A DNA stretch of 64,000 nucleotides, taken from the NCBI GenBank assembly GCA_964016885.1, contig OZ024743.1:299894001-299958000 (forward strand). The letters run 5' to 3'. Positions 12,030 through 24,544 of the stretch are shown here, piece after piece. This stretch comes from Eledone cirrhosa. Its lineage: Eukaryota. The translations under genes were made by a program, and so were the position numbers. A model generated the notes under the pieces. The model made no database searches and was not told where the DNA came from. It was given only the letters and a program-made list of their open reading frames with translations. How positions within the stretch are numbered: position 1 is the first letter of the stretch; the number at the start of each line of letters is the position of its first letter.

Positions 12030-15000
12030 ATGGCTGTACTCAGAATAGGCAGTATAAATGCACGTGGCCTGGGGTCATCTTGGAAGTAGGGCCACCTGCT
12101 CAATGACTTCAGGTCACTAAACATAGATGTGGTGGCCATCAGTGAAACCAGAATCTCCGAGGCACGGCCCTTCGCACCGATCTTCAGCGGCTACGATGTA
12201 TACGCATCTCCCAGCCGTCCAGGATCGGAGGGAGGGGTTGCCGTCCTTTTTCGGAGAGGCTTGGATCTCGCGATACGGGCCATCTTCCTGGACCCAGAAG
12301 GTAAGTCGTTGGTGCTGAACGTGACCGGCAGTGAAGGCAATGCTTTCAGGCTTGTAGCCGTCTACGCCCCAACAGGGGCAGGACGGCCAGATTTCTTCAG
12401 ACGTCTAGAGACCTTTCTTGGAACGTCCCGCTCTTTAGTATTAGTGGGCGACTGGAACGGTATCTTGGATGCACGCTGGGATCGTGTGGGGCTAGTGGAT
12501 AGGGGAAGAGGGTGCAAGAGCCTCACCAACCTGATCAGACGTTTTGAACAGTCTGACAGGTATCGACTGGATCACCCGAATGTGCCAATGTGGATATGGA
12601 CAAACCGCATCGGGTCATCCAGATCGTATCTAGATAGGGTATTCTGCAGTGAACTAGAAAAGCCTAGTATAAGTTGTCCACAATTTAAAATAGTCGACGA
12701 CACAGACCACAAATTTGTGATCTGTGAGATCGACATAGACAGACTTCATAGACAAGGGCCTGGTTACTGGAAGCTGAACGCGTCTTTCCCGGCGCGCAAG
12801 GCCTACAGAGACCGGATTAGCGTATTAGTTAAGCGGGCGTTGACGGGAGCGGACGTCAACAACAGGTGGTGATTCGCCCTGAAAAGGGCAATTAAAGTAG
12901 AGTCGATTAGGTTTAGCAAAGGAGTAGTGATAGAGGAAAATAGAGTAGAGGGAGAGCTAGTCAGAAAGCTAGAAGAGGCGTTTAGGACAGGCATCGCAAC
13001 CGACGTGCTTGCGGAGAGATTGGCACTCGACCAATTCTTCAACGCAAAACACGAAGGCTACGTTGTCAGAGCTAGAACGCGTGCTCTGAGACACACGGGG
13101 ACAAAAGCCGTCCAATGGGCCCGGGTGGCAGAGGCGCGACGTGGCAACAAAGCCACAATTCGGTCTTTGCCTGACCAAAACGGGTGCGTGATGCTCAAAT
13201 CAGAGCGGATGTGTGAAGCTTTTCAGCTGCACTTTGCTGAACTGTTCGGGAGCCACGGCGGCCCGGATCGGGGTATGGACTTCAGTGCATACCTCGACGG
13301 ACTGCCTCGGCTCTCGACGAGCGCAGCACAGTGTTGCAAAAAGCCAATAACAGCCGGTGAAATACAGGAAGCGATGGCTAACTGCACAAGAGGTAAATCG
13401 CCAGGTTTAGATGGTCTGCCCTAAGCTTTATGCATTTATGCCAGACTTGTTCGGTGACCTCTTGGCAGACGTCTACTGCAACTGGCAGCAGAACGGGAGC
13501 ATTCCCAGTTTTGTGAGCCGGGAAGCAGTGGCGCTGCTGAGAAAAGACCCGAACAAGGGGGATGTTATTGATAATTTCAGGCCCATAACCGTGCTAAACG
13601 CAGAGTTCAAGATTTTGGCCACGGTGTTAGCAGCGAGGTTGGCGCTTGTCGTCAAGGGTCTGTTGGGAGAGGCGCAGACATGCGCCATTCCGGACAGATC
13701 CATACACGACAACTTCCACCTCATGCGATACATCATAGAGAGGGTGGTTAAGGAACCTGGCTAGGGTGGGGCCCTGATCAACTTGGATCAATCCAAAGCA
13801 TTCGATAGGGTCGACCATCGGTACCTGGCGGCGGTCCTCGAGGCAGCCGGTTTCGGGCCCGTTTTCAGGCGTTGGATCGCAGCAATGTACAGAGACATCT
13901 GCTCAGTTGTGAGGGTGAACGGTCACCTGTCGCAGCCGTTCAGCATCATGCGCTCAGTCCGCCAGGGTTGTCCCCTCTCGTCCCTCTTATACCTATTGTC
14001 TCTCGAGCCGTTACTGCACAAACTGGGGGCGATGAGGGGCGTTCCACGCGAACTAGGATGCGGGAAATCCGAGTCGGCTTACGCTGACGACGTCACCGTG
14101 GTGATGTCGAGCACCAGACACATCCAGATGCTCGGCACCGCTCTCAAGGTATACGAAGCGGTGACAGGAGCAAAGATAAACCAGGAAAAGTCAGTGGGCT
14201 TGCAGCTAGGCACCTGGAGAGGCAAGTCCATGCCGTCCGACAGCGTCGTGGGGCGTTGGACGGACGGACCGGTTAAATTTCTCGGGGTCTGGTTCCGAAG
14301 CGGACCTCCAGATGGAGAAAAACTGGTACGAGGTGACGAGCAAGGTGGCCTCCCTCACCCAGAAATGGGCTGAGAGAAAGCTGACCCTGAAAGGCCGGGC
14401 GGAAGTGGCGAATGCGTACATCGCATCCGTCATCTGCTACCGCCTCACCGTCGTCCCTTGCTCCAGCCCAACTCTCACCAAAATGGAGCGCCTCCTCTTC
14501 CGCTTTTTGTGGAAGGGACGCGCTCCCATGGTCAGGCGATCCATCTGCTATCAACACCCGTTGCGTGGAGGACTGGGCATGCCATGGCTGATGATGTGCA
14601 AACATGCGCTGAGGCTGCGACATCTCTGGTGCTTCCTTGATGGTGAACCGGTGTGGTCGCCGTTCGCCAGGCACATTTTCCCACAGCTCGTCTCCTTGAC
14701 GGAGCTGCAGTCCTGGGTCAGAAAAAGACCGAGGGATAGCGCTTGGAAACTGGAATGTCTCCAGGCGCTCACTGCCCTCTCCCAGTTGGGCACCAGTATC
14801 GGTGGAACATCCACCTCGGCGTTCTATAGAGGACTAGTGGAGGGGAAGAGCGACGACATTCTCGGAGAGATCCTGGGCGTCGAAGAAGATCAGCTGTTTG
14901 CTCTCTTCCGGAGAACTTTCAGCCCGAGGCCTATGGATAACTTCCAAAAATCCCTGGCGTGGCAGTGCTACCTGGGAGCGCTGCCGGTTCGAGATAAGCT

Positions 15001-15448
15001 CTACAGGCACGGAAGTGCCGTCAGCCGAGCCTGTCCGAGATGCGCGCATAGCGACGAAACCGTTGTGCACGCACTCGTTCAGTGCCCGAGCATTGCTGAC
15101 TTGTGGAGCTATGTCGAACAGTTGCTGTCGCGTGTGGGACTGATCCGGTTGTCGACTGAGTCCATTGTGCAGATGGTCTCGCCGTCTTCCTTCGAGGAGG
15201 AAGGGCAGGCAGTTTTCATCTGCCTGGTGGCCATGGCGAAAGAGATTGTGTGGTGGACAAGGTTAAAAGGATTAAAGACAAACACTTTCCTCTTCGGCGA
15301 ATCCCTAATTAACTTTTTCAAGTTTCACTTGAAGAGGAAAATCAGGTTGGAGAGGCAAGTGCTGCTTTCTAGCAAGTTTGTTGAAAGGTGGGTGCATGTA
15401 GCGAGAATGGTCCGAGTGAACGGGACCACTCTGAATATACGTCTGTAG
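12030..15448 (+). pseudogene. LINE ORF2 (AP endonuclease, reverse transcriptase, zf-RVT)
   Basis: INARGL, AISET, VYAP, GDWN, YLDR, TDH (APE); KSPGLDG, FRPIT, DQSKAFDRV, RQGCPLS, YADD (RT); CPRC..ETVVHALVQC; several stops and frameshifts. Confidence 0.95.
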
Positions 15449-15740
15449 TTTGAGAGATGGAAAAATTGAGAGAGGGCGCTGCCCTGGTAGTCAGGGTGGC
15501 CGTGGTCTTTTGTGTGGTTTTCGCCACGAGTAACCCTCGGAGGTTTCCCCCCTATTGGGGAATTTTTCATTGTTTCAATTTTCATTTTATTGTTTATATA
15601 TATATATATGTTTTATGTCTTTTTTTTTTCTTTTCTTATAGAAATAATACAAATATTTACACGCACAAAACGCACATCGTACCGTCCTGTTCCGTCTGTG
15701 ATGTTTTTCTTGATGTCAGCCTTTGTGGCCAATAAAGAAA

Positions 15741-15741
<1 letters not shown>

Positions 15742-15798
<57 letters not shown>

Positions 15799-15807
15799 CA
15801 TTATTAT
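15742..15807. repeat. (ATT)n tract
   Basis: Seen directly; tail-to-tail junction of Tx1 and Dong elements. Confidence 0.95.
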
Positions 15808-16160
15808 GTTCTTGTAGTCTCAGTCATTGATGCCATTTAACTGGAAAGTTTGTTCAAATGAACATCATATCGTTATCTGTAGCCTCAAATATTCAGGACG
15901 TATCGGAGTGTTGTTGCTGTTCCCAGCAAGTATGTCCATTGAAGTGTACCAAAAAAGGGAGCTCGACTAATGTTCTTTACCTATCCTTAAAAACCTTGTG
16001 AGATAGTACCTAGTGCTCCTGTGACAATCGGGACGACCTTGATCTCATGACAGTCGCAAATCCTTTTTAATACCCACTTTATATCTTGGTATCTGTTAAT
16101 TTGTTTCCTCTTTTCTTGCTATCTTGTGTCAAAGGAGCAGGCTACATCTACAATCAGTCT
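15808..16160 (-). mobile_element. R4/Dong family A 3' end (degenerate)
   Basis: Aligns to 26491-26830 (3'UTR and RLE C-terminus). Confidence 0.85.
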
Positions 16161-16189
16161 CCTCATGTGGGTCGTTTTTGTTATTCCAG

Positions 16190-17841
16190 TGTTACCCGAT
16201 GTATTTTGTTCAACATTTGTTAATGTTATTTCAGTTAAACTAGATACACTGTATCTACGGAAGTTGCTTAGAATGTCTGTACCTGTAGCTCTAAAGGAAA
16301 ATTGTTTCCAAAATAAGATGGCACTTTAAAATAAATCGACTGCTCTAACTCTTGACGGAACATCCAGCAGTTTACCAACTTCCCCACTGTCACCTCCACC
16401 ATTACAAACAAGAAAAATAACAACAGCAGTTTTAGTAACCCCCCCCCCCCCCCCCACCACCACCACCACCACCACCCCCACCCTCAACAACAACAATAAC
16501 ATCAGAAACATTAACAAAAAACAAAACAAAAAAAAAAAAGAAGCCGGCTATACACAAGACTGATCAACCAAATTTCAAAGAAATACAACAACTGCGCAGG
16601 AGAAAATTACGATGCAATCTTCCCGCCTGTAACAATTTTAAAACCATATTCACAAAAACAACAAAATGAAACAAAAACATACATAGCAACAACATTAAAA
16701 ATGACAATAATAATATCAACACAAATAACAACAATACTAACAACAACGATACCAATATTCGCCATGAACATTGAAGAAATGAAGACATATTTGCCCCGAG
16801 TGGAGAAAGTAATAAAATATGAACATTGATGGGCTGACATAGCCCAGAGGTGTTGCCACACGCATCACGAAAAACCCCTGAGATCTACAAATACGTGTTC
16901 ATAATCATTAAACTGAGGGAGCCAGCAAATCAGACAGACCTGTTAGAGAAAATTCCAATAGAGAACGATCGAATTGGATTCTTATATGGAAAGGCATCAT
17001 GACAGATGTTCTTGAGACACGATTGGCCCATGATGAACTCTTCCAGGCAATGACGAAACATGCCTAGTCAGATTTATGGTGCATGCACTAAGATACGAAG
17101 GAACAAATGGCGTTCAATGGACATGATTTGTGGAAGACTAACGTAGCAACAAGTCCAAACTTTGATATTTGAATAAGAAGGAAAAGTAAGAGAAAGTACT
17201 AGCCTTAGTGGTCAGTATGACCGTGAAGTTTCCCCCTTATTGGGATATTTTCGTTGATTTTTATAGTTAATAGTTTTATTGATTTTTATTATTTCTCATT
17301 TTAATGCATTTTCATAAACTTCTGCGTGGTATTTTTATCATCTTTAACGTGTTTTGTATTTGTAAACGCGTTTGGATGTTAAAAAAATGGATGTTGATTT
17401 TATTGTTATATTTGTTGATGTATTTTTATTTTGTCGTTGTTGTTGATGTTGTGTTTCTTGTTTTTGTGGTTGCGGTTGTTCTCCCTACATAATATTGTAG
17501 GGTTAGTCATTCTCATAATATCTGTTGTAATCGATGCTGCTGCTGCAGTAGTAGTAGTAGTATTTCGAATTGTCATTATTCAGTACATTTCTCCTGAGTA
17601 AACTCATCCAAACATTAATTCAACAACACGCGTAGCAAACTGTTAAACATGGTGTTACACAAATGAAATGTTTAGCAGAATCAGAAATAGAAAAAAAGAA
17701 TTGACTTCAGAGTCAAAGTGTAAAGGTTGTGTCCCCACATAACTGGGCAGCTATTATCATGTGTAGATTATCTCTTTTCATTTTCTGATTTTGTTTTCTT
17801 ATCCTCTATGTTCGGCCCTTGTGGCCAATAATAAAGAAATC
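16190..17841 (+). mobile_element. Highly degenerate Tx1-like derivative (ORF1-like remnant and 3'UTR)
   Basis: ~16950-17020 weakly resembles the ORF1 end; 17200-17255 resembles the 3'UTR motif; terminus ggcccttgtggccaataataaagaaatc. Confidence 0.5.
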
Positions 17842-18009
17842 ATCATCATCATTATTATTATTGTTGTTGTTTGTCTGCCAAGACGTATTTGAATATCGCT
17901 CCGTAAGTTTTGTAAATTTTCAAGTGTTTACATTGTACTCATCCTTATATTTCTGTGACGATATGTTTAAAAGGCGTCACACATTGCACTGTGTTAAGGC
18001 AACCCCTCG

Positions 18010-18127
18010 CTTGACAGTGCTACCGGGGGACGAAGAGAGTGGCTCTGCCGGTTCAGGATAAACTCTACAGGCAAGGAAGTGCTGTCAGACGGACCTGCTA
18101 GAGATGCGCTCAGAGTGACAAAACCGT
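18010..18127 (+). mobile_element. Tx1 ORF2 zf-RVT fragment
   Basis: cagtgctaccgggg..gccggttcaggataaactctacaggca.ggaagtgc matches ~14962-15063. Confidence 0.8.
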
Positions 18128-19837
18128 AGCAGCTACGGACGGTGAGTTACCGCACCGTAAGCAAAATCTCACATCGGGTGGAGAGAGCCACGGAGGCTCA
18201 AATCCAAAAGGCCTCGGGGTGCGTCTGGGCGCGCAAAACCAACATCACCCAAGGCAGAAAGTACGCAACAGTAGACGTACTTTTCGCCACCCCCCAAGAA
18301 AAGAAGTCTCACTCTTTGGAAACCCTAAAGAGCGAGGAGATAGTCTTGGTGACCTCCCCTGCGGGCAGAAAATTCTGAGGGTCAAAGTGACGCAGGTCAT
18401 ACACCACGTGCCCATACCTTGGCTGGCCGCTTCTGTCCTTGCTGGAATCGAGGACAGTATGACCATGTGGCAAGTAGAGAAAATAGGGACAGAGAACTGG
18501 TCAGGTATAGGCATAAAAATGCTTATACAAACTAACCAGGAATGTATCGACGCTATCCCCGATATCATAGACCTCGAGGAATGACTGCATCTTCCTATAA
18601 GCGTGGAAGAAAGACGGCCAAAATGTTATCTCTGTGGGTCAAAGGGTCACCTAGGGGCCTTTTGCCCGCAGAAGACAGCCCCCCCCCTCCTTCCAATACC
18701 TGGTCCGCTGCTACCAAGAGCAAGGCAAGCAAAAAACGCAGAAAACACTTCCACGGTGAGTTTGGCGGGCAACGTCCGTGGCACCCATACCAAAGCCACG
18801 GACAATTAAAGGAGCAGCATCAGTGGTGGCAACACCAGTAGCTACATTTGCAGTAGCTGCACCAGCAACAAAATCGCCGGAGAGGGCTCCACTACCACCA
18901 CCAACAGCCGTGGAGCACATACCCCTCCCAGACGCCACGGAATCCGAAATGGAGTCTGAGGCGGGAGTGAAGTGGCAAACGGTCTGCCACAAAAAGAAAA
19001 AAAGAAAAAAACCCTTAGCTTCACCCTCCAAAAGCGAAGGCACAGAAAGAGGGGTAAAGGTTGCAAGAAGACTTGCAGCAACACCACCACCATCACCACC
19101 ACAAGCACCACCACCAACAACAACAACACCACCACGAGCATTACCAAAAACACCAGCAACGCAAACACAATAACACACACACTCCCAACTGCAACAAGAA
19201 GAAAACAGCAACAAAATCCGCCTTCCCCCTAAAAGTACACAGCCATATACATGGCAAATAAAGAACTCATACAATATATAAAGCAGCACACAGACATCAC
19301 AGAAAAAACTACGACACACCACCAACACCAAGAACTCTCCCAACAAACATAAGCTTCATTGATATCAAAATAGAACAGTATAAACTTTTAAAACAAAAAT
19401 TCCCCAACGCAGTTGGAGACTTCAGAGAGTCGGTTACCAAGAGCATATACACTGACATCTTCTTGGAAACACCCATGACCAGTCAAAGGGACGGTTCTAT
19501 TTTCCCTTCACCACACGATCAAGGTAAGTGATCCTTTCTCACTTGCCCCGTTTCTCATCCAACATCGCCGTAATCAGAATAGGCAGTATAAATGCACGTG
19601 GCCTGTTGGAAGCAGGGTCACCTGCTCAATGATCTCAGGTCACTAAACATAGATGTGGTGGCCATCAGCGAGACAAGAATCTCCGAAGCACGAGCTCTCG
19701 TACCGATCTTCGGCGGCTACGACCTATACGCATCTCCCAGCCGTCCAGAATTGGGAAGAGGGGTTGCCGTCCTTTTTCGGAGAGGCTTGGGCCATCTTCC
19801 TAGACTCAGAACGTAAGTAGGTGGTGCTGGACGTGAC
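18128..19837 (+). mobile_element. Tx1-like LINE internal fragment (ORF1 and start of APE)
   Basis: Close paralogue of 10643-12325; CYLCGSKGHLGAFC; VVAISET. Confidence 0.92.
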
Positions 19838-20630
19838 TTTAGCCGATGCATAATAGAGATGATTTAAATTAGTAATGATTAGTTTGTTTGTGATGATAAT
19901 GTTTTTGAGAATTATGTTAGTCTTGTGTATTATCTTTTGGTTCTGGGAGAGTGTCTCGTTCCCCCATGTCAGATTCTTTAATTTTCATCCATAATTTCAT
20001 CAATAATTTCATCCTTTGAGTTGGCATGTTCATTCTCATTCATTTCTTTATCATTTACGATCTCATTGTTTTCATTTTGAGTTTCATCTTGAGCATGCAC
20101 TCCCTCCACTTTTTCGATCCTTTCTTTAATTTGCTCTGCTGTCAGTGATTCCGCCTAAAACCCTGGGATTTGAAGTGTTACAATTTACCTCGTTTTCACT
20201 GACTTTGTGCTAATAGCTTGATCTGATCAATTTCTATATCAGTTAGTAACTCTTTTTTTAACAATATTTCTTCGTATATTGGCTAGTTTGTTACTGTCAA
20301 TATAGCCTCTGTTTTCGGGATGTTTCTTTTTTCACTTGATATATGTCTGTTCTGTATTCGATCTATTTGAAGGATGTAGAAAGCCACAAGGACTTCTTTA
20401 TTGTCTTCCATTGACCATTTTTCTCTCTTTTTCTTTGGATTTCTTGGTGGTGAGCATGGAGAGCCAACAGTAGGAGTATTCCGTTTATGGGGGGTCTCCA
20501 GCTCCGAAGTGATAGGAAGATTTGAACCATTAGCTGATTTTTCGACCCCAGTCTGGTTCTTCTCTGAGGTACGCGGCCCTTTTTGACCCGGGTGACGGCC
20601 GATCCGGTATGAGATTTTATCATTTGACAT
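19833..20630 (-). mobile_element. R4/Dong family B 5' fragment (copy 2)
   Basis: Paralogue of 3877-4652; MSNDKISY..REKWS. Confidence 0.88.
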
Positions 20631-20665
20631 TTACTTTATTTTTATTACTTTATTATTATTATTAC

Positions 20666-23122
20666 TTTCGCCAGCACTTTGCTCGGTTGTTCGGGGAGAG
20701 TGGCGAGTCAGAGAGAGTAGCGGATTTCAGTCCCTATCTTGACGGCTTGCCGCGCATCTCGACGGTCGAGGCTGAGCACTGCGAAATGCCGATTACTTCA
20801 GCCGAAATTCAGGACGCCCTTGTCGGCTTCATGAGGCGCAAGTCACCCGGTTTGGATGGCCGGACCTACGAGCTTTACGTAAATATGCCAGACTTGTTCT
20901 CCGAACTCCTCGAAGCACTCTACTGCAACTGGCAGCAGAATGGTAGTATTCCCAGTCCTGTGAGCAGGAGAGTGCTGACACTGATAAGGAAAGACGAGAA
21001 CAAGAGGGATACATTAGACAACTTCAGGCCCATAACTCTGCTCAACACAGAGTTTAAGATTTTGGCCAAGGGGTTAGCAAAGAGATTGGCGGTTGTCGTC
21101 GAGGATTTGGTTGGGGAGGCGCAAACTTGTGCAATCCCAGCCAGGTCCATACACAATAATCTCCACCTCATGCGATACATCATAGAGAGGGTAGGGTGGA
21201 AACCTGGCTTCGGTGGAGCACTGATCAATTTAGATCAATCGAAAGCATTCGATAGGGTCGACCATCGGTATCTAGAGTTTGTCCTCAAAGCAGCTGGCTT
21301 CGGCGCTGTCTTCAGAAGCTGGATTGCTGCAATGCACAGCGGATCACGCTCGGTGGTCAAGGTTAATGGCCACCTCTCGGAACCATTTCGGCTCTCCCGA
21401 TCGGTCCGTCAAGGGTGCCCTCTTTTTTCCCTTCGGTACGTATTGACTCTCGGGCCTTTACTGCGGAAGCTGGAGCTGTTGCAGGGCATCCCGCTCGAAC
21501 CGGGACGTGGAAAGGCAGTGTCGGCTTATGCGGACGACATCACCGTGATGGTGTCGAACACCTCAGAAATCGAGGTGGTCGGCACCTTATTGAAGGAATA
21601 TGAAAGATTGACACGAGCCAAACTTAACCCGGAAAAGTCCGTCCAACAGCGGCGTGGGGCACTGGACGGACGGATCGGTAAAGTTGCACGGGGTTTGGTT
21701 CGGACCAGACCTCCAGGTGGAAAAGAATTGGGACGAGGTAACGAGCAAAGTAGCCAGTCTCACCCTAAAATGGCCTCGGAGGAAGCTATCACTGAAAGGT
21801 CGCGCGGAGGTGAAGAATGCGTACATCGCGTCCGTTATCTACTACCGCCTGACAGTCGTGTCTTGCCCCGTCCGCGCCTCGTCAAGTTGGAACGGTTCCT
21901 CTTCAAATTCTTGTGGAGCGGACAAGTTCCGTTGGTGAGGCGGTTCATCTGCTGCCAGCACCCTCTACGCGGAGGGCTGGGCGTGCCGTGGCTAATGCGC
22001 AGACATGCGTTGAGGCTGCGACATCTTCAGATATTCTGCCTCAACGATGAACAGGTGTGGTCGCCGTTTATCAGACGGGCCTTTCGGTAACTCATTTCTT
22101 TGACTGTACTGCAGTCCTGGGTCAAGAAGAGACTGAGACTGGGTGACTGGCACCTGGAATGTTGCCAGGCACTCATTGCCCTCTACCAAGCGGGAAATGC
22201 GATCAGTGGAACTTCCACTCTCAAGTTCTATAGAGGATTAGTGGTGGGAAAGTGCGATGACGCACTCGGAGAAGCTTTGGGCCTCGACGAAGTCGTACTG
22301 ACCAGTCTGTACCGGAGGACTTTTGAGACGATGGACAATTTCCAGAAATCCCTCGCTTGGTAGTGCTACCGGGGGGCTCTGCCGGTTCGGGATGAACTCT
22401 AAAGGCACGGAAGTGCTGTCAGACGGACCTGCCCACGATGCCCACAGAAAGACGAAACCGTTATGCACGCACTTGTCCAAAGTCCGTGCATTACTGACTT
22501 GTGGAATTATGTCGAACAGCTACTGCCGCGTGTGGAACGAATCCGGCTATCGGTCGAGTCCATAGTGAAGATCGACCCACCGTCTTCCTTAGGTCAGGAA
22601 GAACAGGAAATATTCCTCTGTCTGGTGACAGTTGCGAAAGAGGTTATATGGTGGACCAGGTTAAAAGGACTCAGGACAGACACTTTTCTCTTCAGCCAAT
22701 CCCTCATCAACTTCTTCAAGTTTCACCTGGAAAGGAAGGTGATGGTGGTGAGAGAAGTGCTTCACCCCAGTACATTTGCTAAAAGGTTGGTGAATGTGGC
22801 GAGAATGGCTCGTGTAAATGGGCCTACTCTGACCATGCGCCTATAGGCTAGCTAACTTGAGGAGAGGGGTCTCTCCCTGGGTGCCCTAGAAGCGCAAGGT
22901 GGTTCAGGATTGGTGGGCTACTCGAGTCCACCAGGGTCGTCCAACCCCTATCGGGGAATTTATTTTGTTATATATATGCATAGTTTATTTAATAATTTTA
23001 TATCTTCATTGTTAAATTAGTCTTGCCATTGTGCACTTTTACTCGACCTTATTGTAAACCCCCACTGTCCCTGTCTTTGTATTGTCCCCTACATGTCGGC
23101 CCTTGTGGCTAATAAATGAAAT
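20666..23122 (+). mobile_element. 5'-truncated Tx1-like LINE, second subfamily (RT, zf-RVT, 3'UTR)
   Basis: KSPGLDG, FRPITLLN, DQSKAFDRV, RQGCP, YADD; ends ggcccttgtggctaataaatgaaatc(att)n. Confidence 0.92.
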
Positions 23123-23150
23123 CATTATTATTATTATTATTGCTATTATT

Positions 23151-23476
23151 GTTCTTTGAGTCTCAGTCATTGATGTTAGTTAACTGGAATGTTTGTTGAA
23201 ATGAATATCAAGCCACTACCTGCAGCCTCAGATATTCCGGACGTATCGGAGGGTTTTGCTGTTCCCAGCAACGATGCCTCTTGAAGTGTTCCAAAAAGCG
23301 GGGCCGGGCCAATTTTCTTTAAACATCCCTGGAAACCTTTTGAGATAGTACCTAGTGCGCCTATGACAATCGGGACCACTTTGATTTCATGGCAGTTCCA
23401 AATCCTTTTTACCTCCCACTTTAAGTCCTGGTATCGGTTAATTTTCTCCCTCTCCTTCTCTTGCACTCTCGTGTCG
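23151..23476 (-). mobile_element. R4/Dong family A 3' end
   Basis: DTRVQEKEREKINRYQDLKWEVKRIW..VPIVIGALG. Confidence 0.9.
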
Positions 23477-24387
23477 GGCAATGTGATCGGTGAAAACTCC
23501 ACCTCGGCGTTCTATAGTGGATTAGTGGAGGGGAAGAGCGACGACGTACTTGGGGAAACTCTAGGCAACGACGAAAATCAACTAGCTAATCTCTTTGGAA
23601 GAACTTTCGGGCCGAGACCTATGGACAACTTTCAGAAATCTCTGGCCTGGCAGTGCTACCGAGGAGCCTTGCCAGTTCAGGATGAACTCTACAGGCATGG
23701 AGGTGCCGTTAGCCGGGCATGTCCGAGATGCGCGCAGGGCGACGAAACCGTCCTGCACGCACTCGTCCAGTGTCCGAAAATTGGTGACTTGTGGGTTTAT
23801 GTCGAATACCTGTTGTCGCGTGTAGGATGGATCGGGCTATCATCTGAGTCCATCGTGAATATTGCCCCGCCCTCTTCCTTTAGCCGGGAAGGGCAGGCAG
23901 TTTTTATCTGTCTGGTGGCCATGGCGAAAGAGATAGTATGGTGGACACGTTTGAAAGGGCTGAAGACGAGCACTTACCTCTTCGGTGATGCCCTGATTGA
24001 CTTTTTCAAATTTCATTTGAAAAGGAAAATCATAGTAGAGAGGGAAGTGCTCTCTTCCCAGCATTTTGTTGAAAGATGGGTGAGAGAATCAAGAATGGCC
24101 CCAGTGACTGGGCCTACTCTGAGTACGTATCTGTAAATTAAAGGTGGAACACTGGGAGAGGGTACTTGCCTTGGTGGTCAGGGTCACTGTGGCCTTTTAC
24201 TAGGCTTTCTCCACAAATGTCCCTCCGAAGTCTCCCCCCTATTGGGGAATTTTTCATTGTTATTTTTTTGTTACATCCTCTGTTTTTGTTTTTTACACGC
24301 AGAAATGCCCATTTGTACCGTCCTGTATTGTCCTGCACTGTCCTTAATGTCTACTTTATGTAAACACTTGTGGTTAATAAAGAAATC
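23477..24387 (+). mobile_element. Tx1-like LINE 3' fragment
   Basis: WQCYRGALPV..CPRC..ETVLHALVQC; 3'UTR and (ATT)n. Confidence 0.9.
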
Positions 24388-24404
24388 ATTATTATTATTA
24401 TTAT

Positions 24405-24500
24405 TGAGGTTGACTTTGCCTTTCATCCTTACGGGGTCGATAAAATAAAGTACCAGTAATGCACTGGGTAATTGCTGGCCTTGTGCCTAAAGTAGAAACA
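24405..24500 (+). mobile_element. 5'-truncated SINE
   Basis: Same core and tail as 9562-9681; (ATT)n at 24501-24542. Confidence 0.85.

Positions 24501-24542
<42 letters not shown>

Positions 24543-24544
<2 letters not shown>

Larger units (their letters stand above)
9742..15741 (+). mobile_element. Full-length Tx1/L1-clade LINE (inactivated)
   Basis: 5'UTR, ORF1 with CCHC, ORF2 with APE-RT-zf, 3'UTR ending aataaagaaatc; (ATT)n on both sides. Confidence 0.93.
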
